This document shows positions 11,128 to 23,611 of a stretch of DNA of 64,000 nucleotides, piece by piece. The stretch is from positions 2,542,001 through 2,606,000 of the forward strand of contig OZ024760.1 of the NCBI GenBank assembly GCA_964016885.1. Reading direction: 5' to 3'. Each line of letters begins with the position of its first letter. The stretch's first letter is position 1. Source of the DNA: Eledone cirrhosa. Its lineage: Eukaryota. Below the pieces are notes generated by a model that did no database searches, was not told where the DNA came from, and saw only the letters and a list, made by a program, of their open reading frames with translations. The position numbers were made by a program, and so were the translations under genes.

Positions 11128-12063
11128 GTGTGGGTCTGTATGTGTGTGTCTGTGTCTATGTGTGTGCCTGAGTCTATGTCTGAATATGTATGTGCCTATG
11201 TGTGTGTGTGTATGTGTGCCTGTGTGTGTGTGGGGGGTATGTATGTGTGTGTCTGTGTCTATGTGTGTGTGCCTGTGTGTATGTGTGTCAGTGTGGGTCT
11301 GTATGTGTGTGTCTGTGTCTATGTGTGTATATGTGTGAATATGTGCCTATATGTGTCTATATGTATGTGTGTGTATGTGTGCCTGTGTGTGTGTGTCTGT
11401 GTGTATGTGTGTGTGCCTGTGTGTGTGTGTGTGTGTCAGTGTGGGTCTGTATGTGTGTGTCTGTGTATGTGCGTATATGTGTGAATATGTGCCTATATGT
11501 GTCTAATTGTGTGGGTCTGTGTGTGTTACGTATGTATGTGTGTGTGATGTGTGTATGAATATATGTCTATATATATATGTGTGTGTGTGTGTGAGGAAGG
11601 GGGTGATTATATGTGTGTATGCATATGTTTAAACATGTGATTGAATGCATATATGTGCGCATGGGTATGTATGCATGTGTCTAGAGATGTGTGTATATGT
11701 GTATGGGTATGAGTATATGTGTGTGTATATGTACGTGTGTCTATATGTATGTGTGTGTTTGTGTGTATATTAGTGTATGTATGTGAGCATAAGTATGAGT
11801 ATGTGTGTATGCATGTGTATTTGTGTGCATGCATGTAATATATGTATGTTTATGTGAATGGGTATTTGTATGTGTGTGTATGCGTGTGTATTTATATGTG
11901 TTTGGGTATATGTATGTGTATGTGCATATGTGTTTATGAGTGTGCTTGTATGTATGCGTATATGTATGTGTTTATGCTTGTGTCTATTTGTGTGCTTGTG
12001 TGTATATATATGTGTGTGTGTGTGTGTGTATGTTCAAGACAACACTTTAACGCTTATCTTTCC

Positions 12064-12109
<46 letters not shown>

Positions 12110-12705
12110 GGAGAGAGAGCTGGAGGGCAAGATGGAGGGAGAGAGAGAGGTGGAGGGAGAGAGAGCTGGAGGGCAAGATGGAGGGAGAGAGAGAGGTGGA
12201 GGGAGAGAGGGAGAGGTGGAGGGAGAGAGAGAGGTGGAGGGAGAGAGGGAGAGGTGGAGGGAGAGAGGGAGAGGTGGAGGGAGAAGTGGAGGGAGAGAGA
12301 AGGAGGGAGAGAGGGAGAGGTGGAGGGAGAGGGGGGAGAGGTGGAGAGAGAGAGATGGAGGGAGAGATGGAGGGAGAGTGAGAGAGATGGAGAGAGAGTG
12401 GTGTGTGTTGTGTGTGGTGTGTCTGTGTGTGTGTGTTGTGTGTCTGTGTGTGTGTGTTGTGTGTCTGTGTGTGTGTGTCAATGTAGGTCTGTATGTATAT
12501 TGTGTGTGTCTGTACACAATAATGACAATGATAATGATGATGATGATGTGTGTCTGTGTGTGTCTGTGTGTGTCTGTGTGTGTCTGTGTGTCTGTGTGTG
12601 TCTGTGTGTGTCTGTGTGTCTGTGTGTGTGTCTGTGTGTGTCTGTGTGTGTGTGTGTGTGTGTCTGTGTGTGTGTGTCTGTGTCTCTGTGTGTCTGTGTG
12701 TGTGA
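10320..12705. repeat. Degenerate (GT)n / (GA)n / GGA-rich compound microsatellites
   Basis: Direct reading. Confidence 0.95.
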
Positions 12706-12754
12706 TGATCAACATCTTAATGATGTTAAACATTAACAAATCATCTATACCTCA

Positions 12755-13410
12755 CCACCACCCAGCAGCACCCCAGGTGCACCCCCTACCTCCAGCCCCA
12801 GTTCTACCACCCCCTCCCCCACCCGGATAACTTCCACCACCATCACAGATCCACTCCCACACCTCCACCCCCACTCCCACCCCCATCAACACAGATCCAC
12901 TCCCACCACCATCACCACAGATCCACTCCCACACCACCACACCGCCCCACCTCCATCCCACTCCCACCACCATCACCACAGATCCACTCCCACACCACCA
13001 CACCACCCCACCTCCATCCCACTCCCACCACCATCACCACAGATCCACTCCCACACCACCACCCCACCTCCACTCCACTCCCACCACCATCACCACAGAT
13101 CCACTCCCACACCACCACCACCCCACCTCCATCCCACTCCCACCACCATCACCACAGATCCACTCCCACCCCACCACCACCCCACCTCCATCCCACTACC
13201 ACCACCATCACCACATATCCATTCCTACCCCCACTCCCACACCACCACCACCCTTGACCCACTACCACCACCAAAACCCTTGACCCACCTCCACCACCAC
13301 CACCACCACCTCAATCACATTCCCACCACCATCACCACAGATCCACCCTTACCCCCACTTCCACACCACCACCACCCTTGACCCACTACCACCACCACCA
13401 TAGACCCCCA
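12755..13410. repeat. C-rich about 55-62-bp minisatellite built on CCA/CCCACT
   Basis: CACCACAGATCCACTCCCACACC recurs at about 60-bp spacing. Confidence 0.85.
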
Positions 13411-13440
13411 CCCTAGTTCTAATGTTATGCCATAAATTAC

Positions 13441-13503
13441 CAGGTGAAGATAACACAAAAATCTAATGTCTGTACACAGTGTATGTCTCCAGTTGTCTCC
13501 AAA
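13441..13503 (-). CDS. Candidate 63-nt coding exon (FGDNWRHTLCTDIRFLCYLHL)
   Basis: Acceptor TCTTATTCAG, donor CTG|GTAATT, phase 0-0; unique sequence between microsatellites. Confidence 0.35.
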
Positions 13504-13515
13504 CTGAATAAGATA

Positions 13516-14140
13516 TGGTGGTGGTGGTGGTGGTAGTGGTGGTGGTGGTGGTGGTGGTGATGGTGGTGGTAGTGGTGGTGGTGGTGATGGTGGTAGTGGT
13601 GGTGGTGGTGGTAGTGGTGGTGGTGGTAGTGGTGGTGGTGGTGGTGGTGGTGTTGGTAGTGGTGGTGGTAGTGGTGGTGGTAGTAGTGGTGGTGGTGGTG
13701 GTTGTGGTGGTGGTGGTTGTGGTGGTGGTGGTGGTGGTAGTGGTGGTGGTGGTGGTGTTGGTAGTGGTGGTGGTAGTGGTGGTGGTAGTAGTGGTGGTGG
13801 TGGTGGTTGTGGTGGTGGTGGTTGTGGTGGTGGTTGTGGTGGTGGTGGTGGAGGTGGTAGTGGTGGTGGCAGTGGTGGTGGTGGTGGCAGTGGTGGTGGT
13901 GGCGGTAGTGGTGGTGGTGGCAGTGGTGGTAGTAGTGGTGGTGGTGGTGGTGGTGGTGGTGGTGGTAGTAGTGGTGGTAGTGGTGGTGGTAGTAGTAGTG
14001 GTAGTGGTGGTGGTAGTAGTAGTAGTGGTAGTGGTAGTGGTGGTGGTGATAATAGGGATGATGATAATGATGATGGTAGTAGTGATGATGATGATGATGG
14101 CATTGATGGTGATGACAATGAAGATGATGACATCAATGAT
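13516..14140. repeat. (GGT/AGT)n then (GAT)n trinucleotide tract
   Basis: Direct reading. Confidence 0.95.
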
Positions 14141-14155
14141 AATGTTGATTCTTAC

Positions 14156-14218
14156 ATCAGTGGTAGAAAAGACATTGCTACATTCCTTGACACACAGATA
14201 CTCTTCACCAACGTCATA
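14156..14218 (-). CDS. Candidate 63-nt coding exon (YDVGEEYLCVKECSNVFSTTD)
   Basis: Donor GAT|GTAAGA; acceptor CACAG at the minisatellite edge; splicing to 13503 gives Asp-box-like STTDFGDNW. Confidence 0.3.
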
Positions 14219-14592
14219 CTGTGTCACACTGTGTCACATTGTGTTATACCGTGTCACACTGTACTACACTGTGTCACACTGTCACTCGCTGTCACATTGT
14301 GTCATACTGTGCCACACTGTGTCATATTGTGCCACACTGTACTACAATGTGTCACACTGTATCATATTGTGCCACATTGTACTACAATGTGTCACACTGT
14401 GCCATACTGTGTCACACTGTACCACACTGAACTGCACTGTGTCACACTGTGTCATATTGTGTCACACTGTGCCACACTATGTCATACTGTGTCATACTGT
14501 GCCATACTGTGTCATACTGTGCCACACTGTGTCACACTGTGTCACACTGTGTCACACTGTGTCACACTGTGTCACACTGTGTCACACTGTGC
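14213..14592. repeat. 10-bp minisatellite (GTGTCACACT)n
   Basis: About 37 units with variants GTGCCACACT and GTGTCATACT. Confidence 0.95.
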
Positions 14593-14789
14593 CAGAGTTA
14601 CACAATTTCGAAAACTTCAAACACTTCCTATAAAAACTGATATTTCTATGATCAAAGCGTGGTTCCTGCTAAGATCAAATGGTATTGAATTGACTCGTGA
14701 TATCTGTCATGTTTTACAGGAAACATCTTTTAACTCTTAACACCCTGTAATAACTCAGCAGAGAATATCATCATCATCATCATCATCAT

Positions 14790-14985
14790 TATATTGGCAG
14801 TATCGGTGAAGGGTCGGGTCGAATGCCATGCTTTGCAGCATAGAGTTACGCCCCTTTACGGTCTGAGTTCAAATCCCGCCGAGGTTAACTTTGCCTTTCA
14901 TCCTTACAGGGTCGATAAAATAAAGTACCAGTAATGCACTGGGATAATTGCTGGCTTTGTACCAAATGTAGAAACAATTATTTTA
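14790..14985 (+). mobile_element. tRNA-SINE family 1, near full length
   Basis: TGGCAGTATCGGT A-box-like, GAGTTCAAATCCC B-box, central domain, tail AATTGCTGGC..AGAAACAATTATT. Confidence 0.85.
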
Positions 14986-15072
14986 CATCAGCTTTGTTGA
15001 TTGATTCCAACAACCATTGAAATGTTTATACAGGTAAAATTCGATTATAATAATTACCATTATAATGAATAA

Positions 15073-15205
15073 GGTTGGTGGACTGGCAGAATCGGTGGAG
15101 CGTCGGACACCATGCTTTGTAGTTACGGCCCTTTACAGTCTAAGTTCAAATCCCGCCGAGGTTAACTTTGCCTTTCATCCTTACGGGGTCGATAAAATAA
15201 AGTAA
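15073..15205 (+). mobile_element. tRNA-SINE family 1, 3'-truncated
   Basis: TGGCAGAATCGGT, GTTCAAATCCC, central domain. Confidence 0.8.
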
Positions 15206-15366
15206 GCTATGCACCCCTCCTTGTACCAGAAGCTAAAATACCCTTAGAGACAGGAAAAAATCTACAGCAGCTGCTACAAAGAAATGAACTCTCTACCACT
15301 CTGTACCATTGAGCTAAATGACTCCTGATGACAATTATAATCTAAGTAGAAGCTAAATAACAGTTT

Positions 15367-18300
15367 TTAACCCTTTAGCATTCAAACCGGCTGTACCCAG
15401 CCAGAATTCTCTCACCTCCTTCTGTTCAAACCAGCCATACCCAGCCAGAATTCTCTCACCTCCTTCTGTTCAAACCAGCTGTACCCAGCCAGAATTCTCT
15501 CACCTCCATCTGTTCAAACCAGCTGTACCCAGCCAGAATTCTCTCACCTCCTTCTGTTCAAACCAGCTGTACCCAGCCAGAATTCTCTCACCTCCTTCTG
15601 TTCAAACCAGCTGTATCCAGCCAGAATTCTCTCACCTCCTTCTGTTCAAACCAGCCATACCCAGCCAGAATTCTCTCACCTCCTTCTGTTCAAACCAGCT
15701 GTACCCAGCCAGAATTCTCTCACCTCCTTCTGTTCAAACCAGCTGTATCCAGCCAGAATTCTCTCACCACCTCCTTCTGTTCAAACCAGCTGTACCCAGC
15801 CAGAATTCTCTCACCTCCTTCTGTTCAAACCAGCCATATCCAGCCAGAATTCTCTCACCTCTTTCTGTTCAAACCAGCCATATCCAGCCAGAATTCTCTC
15901 ACCTCCTTCTGTTCAAACCAGCCAAACCCAGCCAGAATTCTCTCACCTCCTCCTGTTCAAACCAGCTGTATCCAGCCAGAATTCTCTCACCACCTCCTTC
16001 TGTTCAAACCAGCTGTACCCAGCCAGAATTCTCTCACCTCTTTCTGTTCAAACTGGTCATACCCAGCCAGAATTCTCTCACCTCCTTCTGTTCAAACCAG
16101 CTTACCCAGACAGAATTCTCTCACCTCCTTCTGTTCAAACCAGCTGTACCCAGCCAGAATTCTCTCACCTCCTTCTGTTCAAACCAGCTGCACCCAGCCA
16201 GAATTCTCTCACCTCCTTCTGTTCAAACCAGCTGTATCCAGCCAGAATTCTCTCACCACCTCCTTCTGTTCAAACCAGCTGTACCCAGCCAGAATTCTCT
16301 CACCTCCTTCTGTTCAAACCAGCCATATCCAGCCAGAATTCTCTCACCTCTTTCTGTTCAAACCAGCCATATCCAGCCAGAATTCTCTCACCTCCTTCTG
16401 TTCAAACCAGCTGTACCCAGCCAGAATTCTCTCACCTCCTCCTGTTCAAACCAGCTGTACCCAGCCAGAATTCTCTCACCTCTTTCTGTTCAAACTGGTC
16501 ATACCCAGCCAGAATTCTCTCACCTCCTTCTGTTCAAACCAGCTGTACCCAGCCAGAATTCTCTCACCTCCATCTGTTCAAACCAGCTGTACCCAGCCAG
16601 AATTCTCTCACCTCCTTCTGTTCAAACCAGCTGTACCCAGCCAGAATTCTCTCACCTCCTTCTGTTCAAACCAGCTGTATCCAGCCAGAATTCTCTCACC
16701 TCCTTCTGTTCAAACCAGCCATATCCAGCCAGAATTCTCTCACCTCCTTCTGTTCAAACCAGCCATATCCAGCCAGAATTCTCTCACCTCCTTCTGTTCA
16801 AACCAGCCATATCCAGCCAGAATTCTCTCACCTCCTTCTGTTCAAACCAGCTGTATCCAGCCAGAATTCTCTCACCTCCTTCTGTTCAAACCAGCCGTAT
16901 CCAGCCAGAATTCTCTCACCTCCTTCTGTTCAAACCAGCTGTATCCAGCCAGAATTCTCTCACCTCCTCCTGTTCAAACCGGCTGTACCCAGCCAGAATT
17001 CTCTCACCTCCTTCTGCTCAAACCAGCTGTATCCAGCCACAATTCTCTCACCTCCTTCTGTTCAAACCAGCCATATCCAGCCAGAATTCTCTCACCTCTT
17101 TCTGTTCAAACTGGTCATACCCAGCCACAATTCTCTCACCTCCTTCTGTTCAAACTGGTCATACCCAGCCAGAATTCTCTCACCTCCTTCTGTTCAAACC
17201 AGCTGTACCCAGCCACAATTCTCTCAGCTCCTTCTGTTCAAACCAGCTGTACCCAGCCAAAATTCTCTCAGCTCCTTCTGTTCAAACCAGCTCTACCCAG
17301 CCAGAATTCTCTCACCTCCTTCTGTTCAAACCAGCTGTATCCAGCCAGAATTCTCTCACCTCCTTCTGTTCAAACCAGCTGTATCCAGCCAGAATTCTCT
17401 CACCTCCTTCTGTTCAAACCAGCTCTACCCAGCCAGAATTCTCTCACCTCCTCCTGTTCAAACCAGCTGTACCCAGTCAGAATTCTCTCACCTCCTTCTG
17501 TTCAAACCAGCTGTATCCAGCCAGAATTCTCTCACCTCCTTCTGTTCAAACCAGCTGTATCCAGCCAGAATTCTCTCACCTCCTTCTGTTCAAACCAGCT
17601 CTACCCAGCCAGAATTCTCTCACCTCCTTCTGTTCAAACCAGCTGTACCCAGTCAGAATTCTCTCACCTCCTTCTGTTCAAACCAGCTGTACCCAGCCAG
17701 AATTCTCTCACCTCCCTCTGTTCAAACCAGCTGTACCCAGCCAGAATTCTCTCACCTCCTTCTGCTCAAACCAGCTGTATCCAGCCACAATCCTCTCACC
17801 TCCTTCTGTTCAAACCAGCTTTACCCAGCCAGAATTCTCTCACCTCCTTCTGTTCAAACCAGCCAAACCCAGCCAGAATTCTCTCACCTCCTTCTGTTCA
17901 AACCAGCCAAACCCAGCCAGAATTCTCTCACCTCCTTCTGTTCAAACCAGCTGTATCCAGCCACAATTCTCTCACCTCCTTCTGTTCAAACCAGCCATAT
18001 CAAGCCAGAATTCTCTCACCGCCTTCTGTTCAAACCAGCTGTATCCAGCCAGAACTCTCTCACCTCCTTCTGTTCAAACCAGCCATATCCAGCCAGTATT
18101 CTCTCACCTCCTTCTGTTCAAACCAGCTGTACCCAGCCAGAATTCTCTCACCTCCTTCAGTTCAAACCAGCTGTACCCAGCCACAATTCTCTCACCTCCT
18201 TCTGTTCAAACCAGCTGTACCCAGCCACAATTCTCTCACCTCCTTCTGTTCAAACCAGCTGTATCCAGCCAGAATTCTCTCACCTCCTTCTGTTCAAACC

Positions 18301-19420
18301 AGCCATATCCAGCCAGAATTCTCTCACCTCCTTCTGTTCAAACCAGCTGTACCCAGCCACAATTCTCTCACCTCCTTCTGTTCAAACCAGCTGTACCCAG
18401 CCACAATTCTCTCACCTCCTTCTGTTCAAACCAGCTGTACCCAGCCAGAATTCTCTCACCTCCTTCTGTTCAAACCAGCTGTATCCAGCCAGAATTCTCT
18501 CACCTCCTTCTGTTCAAACCAGCTGTATCCAGCCAGAATTCTCTCACCTCCTTCTGTTCAAACCAGCTCTACCCAGCCAGAATTCTCTCACCTCCTTCTG
18601 TTCAAACCAGCTGTACCCAGTCAGAATTCTCTCACCTCCTTCTGTTCAAACCAGCTGTATCCAGCCAGAATTCTCTCACCTCCTTCTGTTCAAACCAGCT
18701 GTATCCAGCCAGAATTCTCTCACCTCCTTCTGTTCAAACCAGGTGTACCCAGCCAGAATTCTCTCACCTCCTTCTGTTCAAACCAGCTGTACCCAGCCAG
18801 AATTCTCTCACCTCCTTCTGTTCAAACCAGCTGTACCCAGCCAGAATTCTCTCACCTCCTTCTGTTCAAACCAGCTGTACCCAGCCAGAATTCTCTCACC
18901 TCCTTCTGTTCAAACCATCTGTACCCAGCCAGAATTCTCTCACCTCCTTCTGTTCAAACCAGCTGTACCCAGCCAGAATTCTCTCAGCTCCTTCTGTTCA
19001 AACCAGCTGTATCCAGCCAGAATTCTCTCACCTCCTCCTGTTCAAACCAGCTGTATCCAGCCAGAATTCTCTCACCTCCTTCTGTTCAAACCAGCTGTAC
19101 CCAACCAGAATTCTCTCAGCTCCTTCTGTTCAAACCAGCCATATCCAGCCAGAATTCTCTCAGCTCCTTCTGTTCAAACCAGCTGTATCCAGCCAGAATT
19201 CTCTCACCTCCTTCTATTAAAACAAGCCATACCCAGCCAGAATTCTCTCACCTCCTACTGTTCAAACTGGCCATAACCAGCTGCTCCTACTTATGTTAAG
19301 GTATTGTTCTCCAAATAAATAATTTCAAAATTTCCTAAATTGTATATTATGTGAGATAATTATGTGAGGTAAAACTTTTACCGAGAAAATACAATAGAGT
19401 AATATAAATACTAAAGGGCT
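15367..19420 (+). mobile_element. MITE family A copy expanded to about 4 kb by an internal satellite
   Basis: Left end TTAACCCTTTAGCATT at 15367; rest of MITE body and right end AAATACTAAAGGG at 19280-19419. Confidence 0.9.
15383..19280. repeat. 44-bp minisatellite, about 88 units
   Basis: Unit CCAGCCAGAATTCTCTCACCTCCTTCTGTTCAAACCAGCTGTAC; GAATTC at 15404, 15448, 15492. Confidence 0.97.
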
Positions 19421-19815
19421 CAAACATCATCATCATCATCATCATCATTTAACATCAATCTTGCATGCTAAAAACATTTGTTAATAAGCTATAAGAGTGT
19501 CAAGTGAGTTGAAATGCTTAGCAAATATAAAAAATCTTGAATGCAGGAAATAACTGTGGACACAGTTAATTGTTATAAATAATCAGTTAACAACTAGACA
19601 GATTAAAATGAAAGTCTGCAATATCGGATTAAATTCTTTAATTTTTAATGTGATGCAGTCATAGTGCTGTTTTGTATTGTTCAATAATGCTTTGCTAATG
19701 TGATTTCATGTAGGACAGGAAAGTAAGAGTTAATTTATCTCAATATTTAATTCAGAGAAAGATGAGGGTAAAATTAGGTGCCTGTTATGAATTCAAAATT
19801 TCATATTGAATTGTA

Positions 19816-20353
19816 CAGTAATCTCCTGCTATATCACGGTTCACTTTTCATGGATTTTTCTTTGGAACATATCTAATTTCCTATCACGGTAATCTTCGCT
19901 ACATTACAGATTTTTCATTAGCATGTATCTATTTTCTTATCGCGGTACATACGTCTAAATAAAAAGTGTTTAAAATCTAAACTTATTAAATAAGTTTCAA
20001 TGTGATGTTTTACTGATTGCGTTTTTCTCAAATCTACTACAAACCCAGCATAGATTGATGGGAGATGTGCAGTGTATTACCAGGGGTTAGCGTGGCTGGT
20101 AATGGTCCTCATTGGTAACTAGTGGTACGATGGTTGATGATAGTTTATATACGATCGTTACTGGCTGTTTTTGGTGTTTAAATACAAAAGTGTGTTTTAA
20201 TGAGTTTATATGTACTTAAAACGTGTAGGAGAGGCATTTTAAGAATTAAACTACGAAAACAATGGTTGTCTTTATGGTCTCTCTATATCGTGGATTTTCA
20301 ATTATCGAATTTGGTTCAGGAATGTATCCCCTGTGATAAACGGGGGATTACTG
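19816..20353. mobile_element. Tigger/pogo-like MITE
   Basis: TA TSD; TIRs CAGTAATCTCCTGCTATATCACGG and CCTGTGATAAACGGGGGATTACTG. Confidence 0.8.
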
Positions 20354-20419
20354 TATATATTTAGAAACAGTGAAAGAAAACTTATAATGCAGTTTCATGC
20401 AGTAGAGGATGTTAAGAAT

Positions 20420-21630
20420 TAAGCTTTATATGAAACTTAACAAAGGTTCTTACATAAAATTGTGATGGAAGGTTGTTGGCTTTTTTTTTAGATAAATATA
20501 AACACTTTAAAACCAGCAGTTTTTTTATTCTAAAACCAGGAAAGGTTTTATGCAGATTAGTATTAAAAGGTTTAATTTGGTGTTTGGAGAATAACTTAGC
20601 AAATTTTTTTACAAAGAATATTTAAAGGTTAAAAATATAAATACTTTAAAATAAAGTGTTTTCAATCCTAGAACCAGGGGCAGTTTCAGGTAGTTTGGTA
20701 CCAAAAGGGTTATGATACTGTTTGGAGCATAAAGGTATTGACATAAAATTATGATGAAAGGTTTTTTTTTAGCTAAATATAAATATTTAAAAACAAAGTT
20801 TTGTATCCTAGAACAAGGGAAGGTTTCAGGCTGTTTGGTATGAAAGGTTTCAGCTGGTATTTAGAACATAACTTAACAAAGGTTCTTACATAAAATTATG
20901 ATGGAAGGTTCTTTGTATAGAAAAAGTTTAAGCTGGTATTTAGAACATAACTTAACAAAGGTTCTTACATAAAATTATGATGGAAGGTTTATTTTTTAGA
21001 TAAATATAAGCACTTAAAAACAAAGTTTTGTATAGAAAAGATTTACGCTGATATTTGGAACATAACTTAACAAAGGTTCTTACATAAAATTATGATGGAA
21101 GGTTCTTTGTATAGAAAAAGTTTAAGCTGGTATTTAGAACATAACTTAACAAAGGTTGTCACATAAAATTATGATGGCAGGTTTATTTTTTAGATAAATA
21201 TAAGCACTTAAAAACAACGTTTTGTATAGAAAAGATTTACGCTGATATTTGGAACATAACTTAAAGGTTCTTACATAAAATTATGACGGAAGGGTTTTTT
21301 TTTTAGATAAATAAGCACTTAAAAACAAAGCTTTGTATAGAAAAGGTTTAAGCTGGTATTTGGAACATAACTTAACAAAGGTTCTTACATAAAATTATAA
21401 TGGAAGGGTTTTTTTTTTAGACAAATATAAACACTTAAAAACAAAGTTTTGTATAGAAAAAGTTTAAGCTGATATTTAGAACATAACTTAACAAAGGTTC
21501 TTACATAAAATTATGATGTAAGTTGTTGGTTTTTTTTTTTTAGATAAATAAACACTTTATAACAAACAGCTTTGTATTCCAGAATGAGTGGGGAAGCAGT
21601 TTTAAGAGACTTGGTATCAAAAGGGCTAAA
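20420..21630 (+). repeat. Tandem array of MITE B right-half fragments (alternating about 75 and 120-bp units)
   Basis: AACATAACTTAACAAAGGTTCTTACATAAAATTATGATGGAAGG repeated about 10 times; ends GGTATCAAAAGGGCTAA. Confidence 0.85.
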
Positions 21631-21639
21631 TCTTCTTAC

Positions 21640-21677
21640 CGATACATCCTATTCTTTACACAGTCAAAAGATGTTTG
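21640..21677 (-). CDS. Candidate 38-nt micro-exon (QTSFDCVKNRMYR)
   Basis: Long pyrimidine tract with no AG, then CCCCAG acceptor; donor CG|GTAAGA. Confidence 0.25.
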
Positions 21678-21898
21678 CTGGGGAATTCACATATGTATTC
21701 CCAGCAGATGAGAAGAAAGGAAGGGAGGACGGAAAGAAGAAAAGAAAGAAGAGATAAAATTCTGTAATTACAGTAAACTAATAGCTATATAGTGTTTATA
21801 ACCTGACCAAAGATTTTAATCTAGTTGGGCTTTAGTTAGCTTTGGTTGCCTAAAACAAATTAATCCGTGATGTGTTTGCTATGGTCGTTTGAAGTGTA

Positions 21899-21900
<2 letters not shown>

Positions 21901-21949
<49 letters not shown>

Positions 21950-21990
21950 ATGTTTGTGTGTGTGTATATATATATATGTATGTTTGTGTG

Positions 21991-22021
<31 letters not shown>

Positions 22022-22071
22022 ATATATATATATATATGTATGTGTGTGTAGCTATAATTCTATATGTATGC

Positions 22072-22127
<56 letters not shown>

Positions 22128-22274
22128 TTGTGTGTGTGTATATATATATATGTATGTTTGTGTGTATATATATATATATATATATGTTTGTGTGTATATA
22201 TATATATATATATATATGTGTATGTGTGTGTAGCTATAATTCTATATGTATGCGTGTATATGTATATATATATA

Positions 22275-22332
<58 letters not shown>

Positions 22333-22799
22333 CACCAATAACAATATAGATATATATATATCAGCACCAATAACTGACAATAATAAATATTTGACATAAA
22401 AATTGATATTAAAAGACATTAAAACACTATCATCTCTTCTAAGGTATGGTTTGTTTTTCAAGTGGCAACATTACTACTGAAAATATTAGGGTTTATGATC
22501 ACACCAATCAATAAATCAATATATATATGTGCGAGTGTATGTGTGTGGAAAAATTACGTTGAGTGCTTGAATTGAATTGCGTCAATGTTTACCCTAATAT
22601 ATATATATATATATATATATATACGTGTGTGTGTGCGTGTGTCTGTCAGTGTATGTGTGTCAATGTGTGTGTATATATATAAATATATGTATGTGTGTCA
22701 GTGTGTGTGTGTGTGTGCGTGTGTGTGTCAGTGTGTGTGTGCCAATGTGTGTGTATATATATAAATATATGTATGTGTGTCAGTGTGTGTGTATATGTA

Positions 22800-22864
<65 letters not shown>

Positions 22865-22988
22865 TACATTCTTATATATAAATACATACATATTTCAAGA
22901 ATATACACGGCAAACATAGAGATACAAAAACATAGTGTCTTATTAGGTTCATACTTGGAAATATATATATACATACACACATGTTCAT

Positions 22989-23038
<50 letters not shown>
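21901..23038. repeat. (TA)n/(TG)n compound microsatellites with short unique spacers
   Basis: Direct reading. Confidence 0.9.
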
Positions 23039-23039
<1 letters not shown>

Positions 23040-23172
23040 AGGGTGTGGCAAAAGTAATGCTTTTTTATTTATTAACTTTTTGAACAAAAATAAATTACAG
23101 TAGTTTGATAAAATTACTTTTTTTTTTATTCAATAATTAAATTATAAAAGAGCATTACTTTTGCGACACCAT
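23039..23172. mobile_element. Tiny Tc1/mariner-type MITE (about 135 bp) in a TA repeat
   Basis: TIRs GGTGTGGCAAAAGTAATGCT and AGCATTACTTTTGCGACACC. Confidence 0.75.
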
Positions 23173-23199
23173 ATATGTATACACACACACACATATATA

Positions 23200-23445
23200 T
23201 ATATATATTTAGTTAAAACAGAAAACAAACACAATAACAAAGAGTACAGTACAAAGTGTTAGTGTTAGGTTCACACTTGAGAGTGGGGGTGGGAGTCGAC
23301 GTTTCGTGCATAAGCCCTTCATCAGGAGAAAAGTGGGAAAGAAAAGAGTTCCGAGGGTGTGAGAGGGAATGGTGGAAAGATATTAAAAGGGAGGGAAATG
23401 AAGGGAAAGAAAAAAAATTAAAAAGAGGGTAAATACACACACGCG
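23200..23445 (-). mobile_element. Penelope-like terminal repeat with minimal hammerhead core
   Basis: Minus strand 23328-23296 reads CTC-CTGATGAA-GGGC-TTAT-GCAC-GAAACGTC-GA. Confidence 0.55.
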
Positions 23446-23463
23446 TGTTCATATACACACATA

Positions 23464-23551
<88 letters not shown>

Positions 23552-23611
23552 GAGGTCACTTCGACCCATTTGGTCAACCTGTCAAAGCCATGCCAGTGTG
23601 GAAAGCCGATG

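Noticed and set aside
15320-15360. CTGATGA motif suggesting another hammerhead
   Set aside because: No stem II followed by GAAA and no stem I partner
15383-19280. CRISPR-like look of the 44-bp array (also the 36-bp and 65-bp arrays)
   Set aside because: No unique spacers, no cas genes, eukaryotic context
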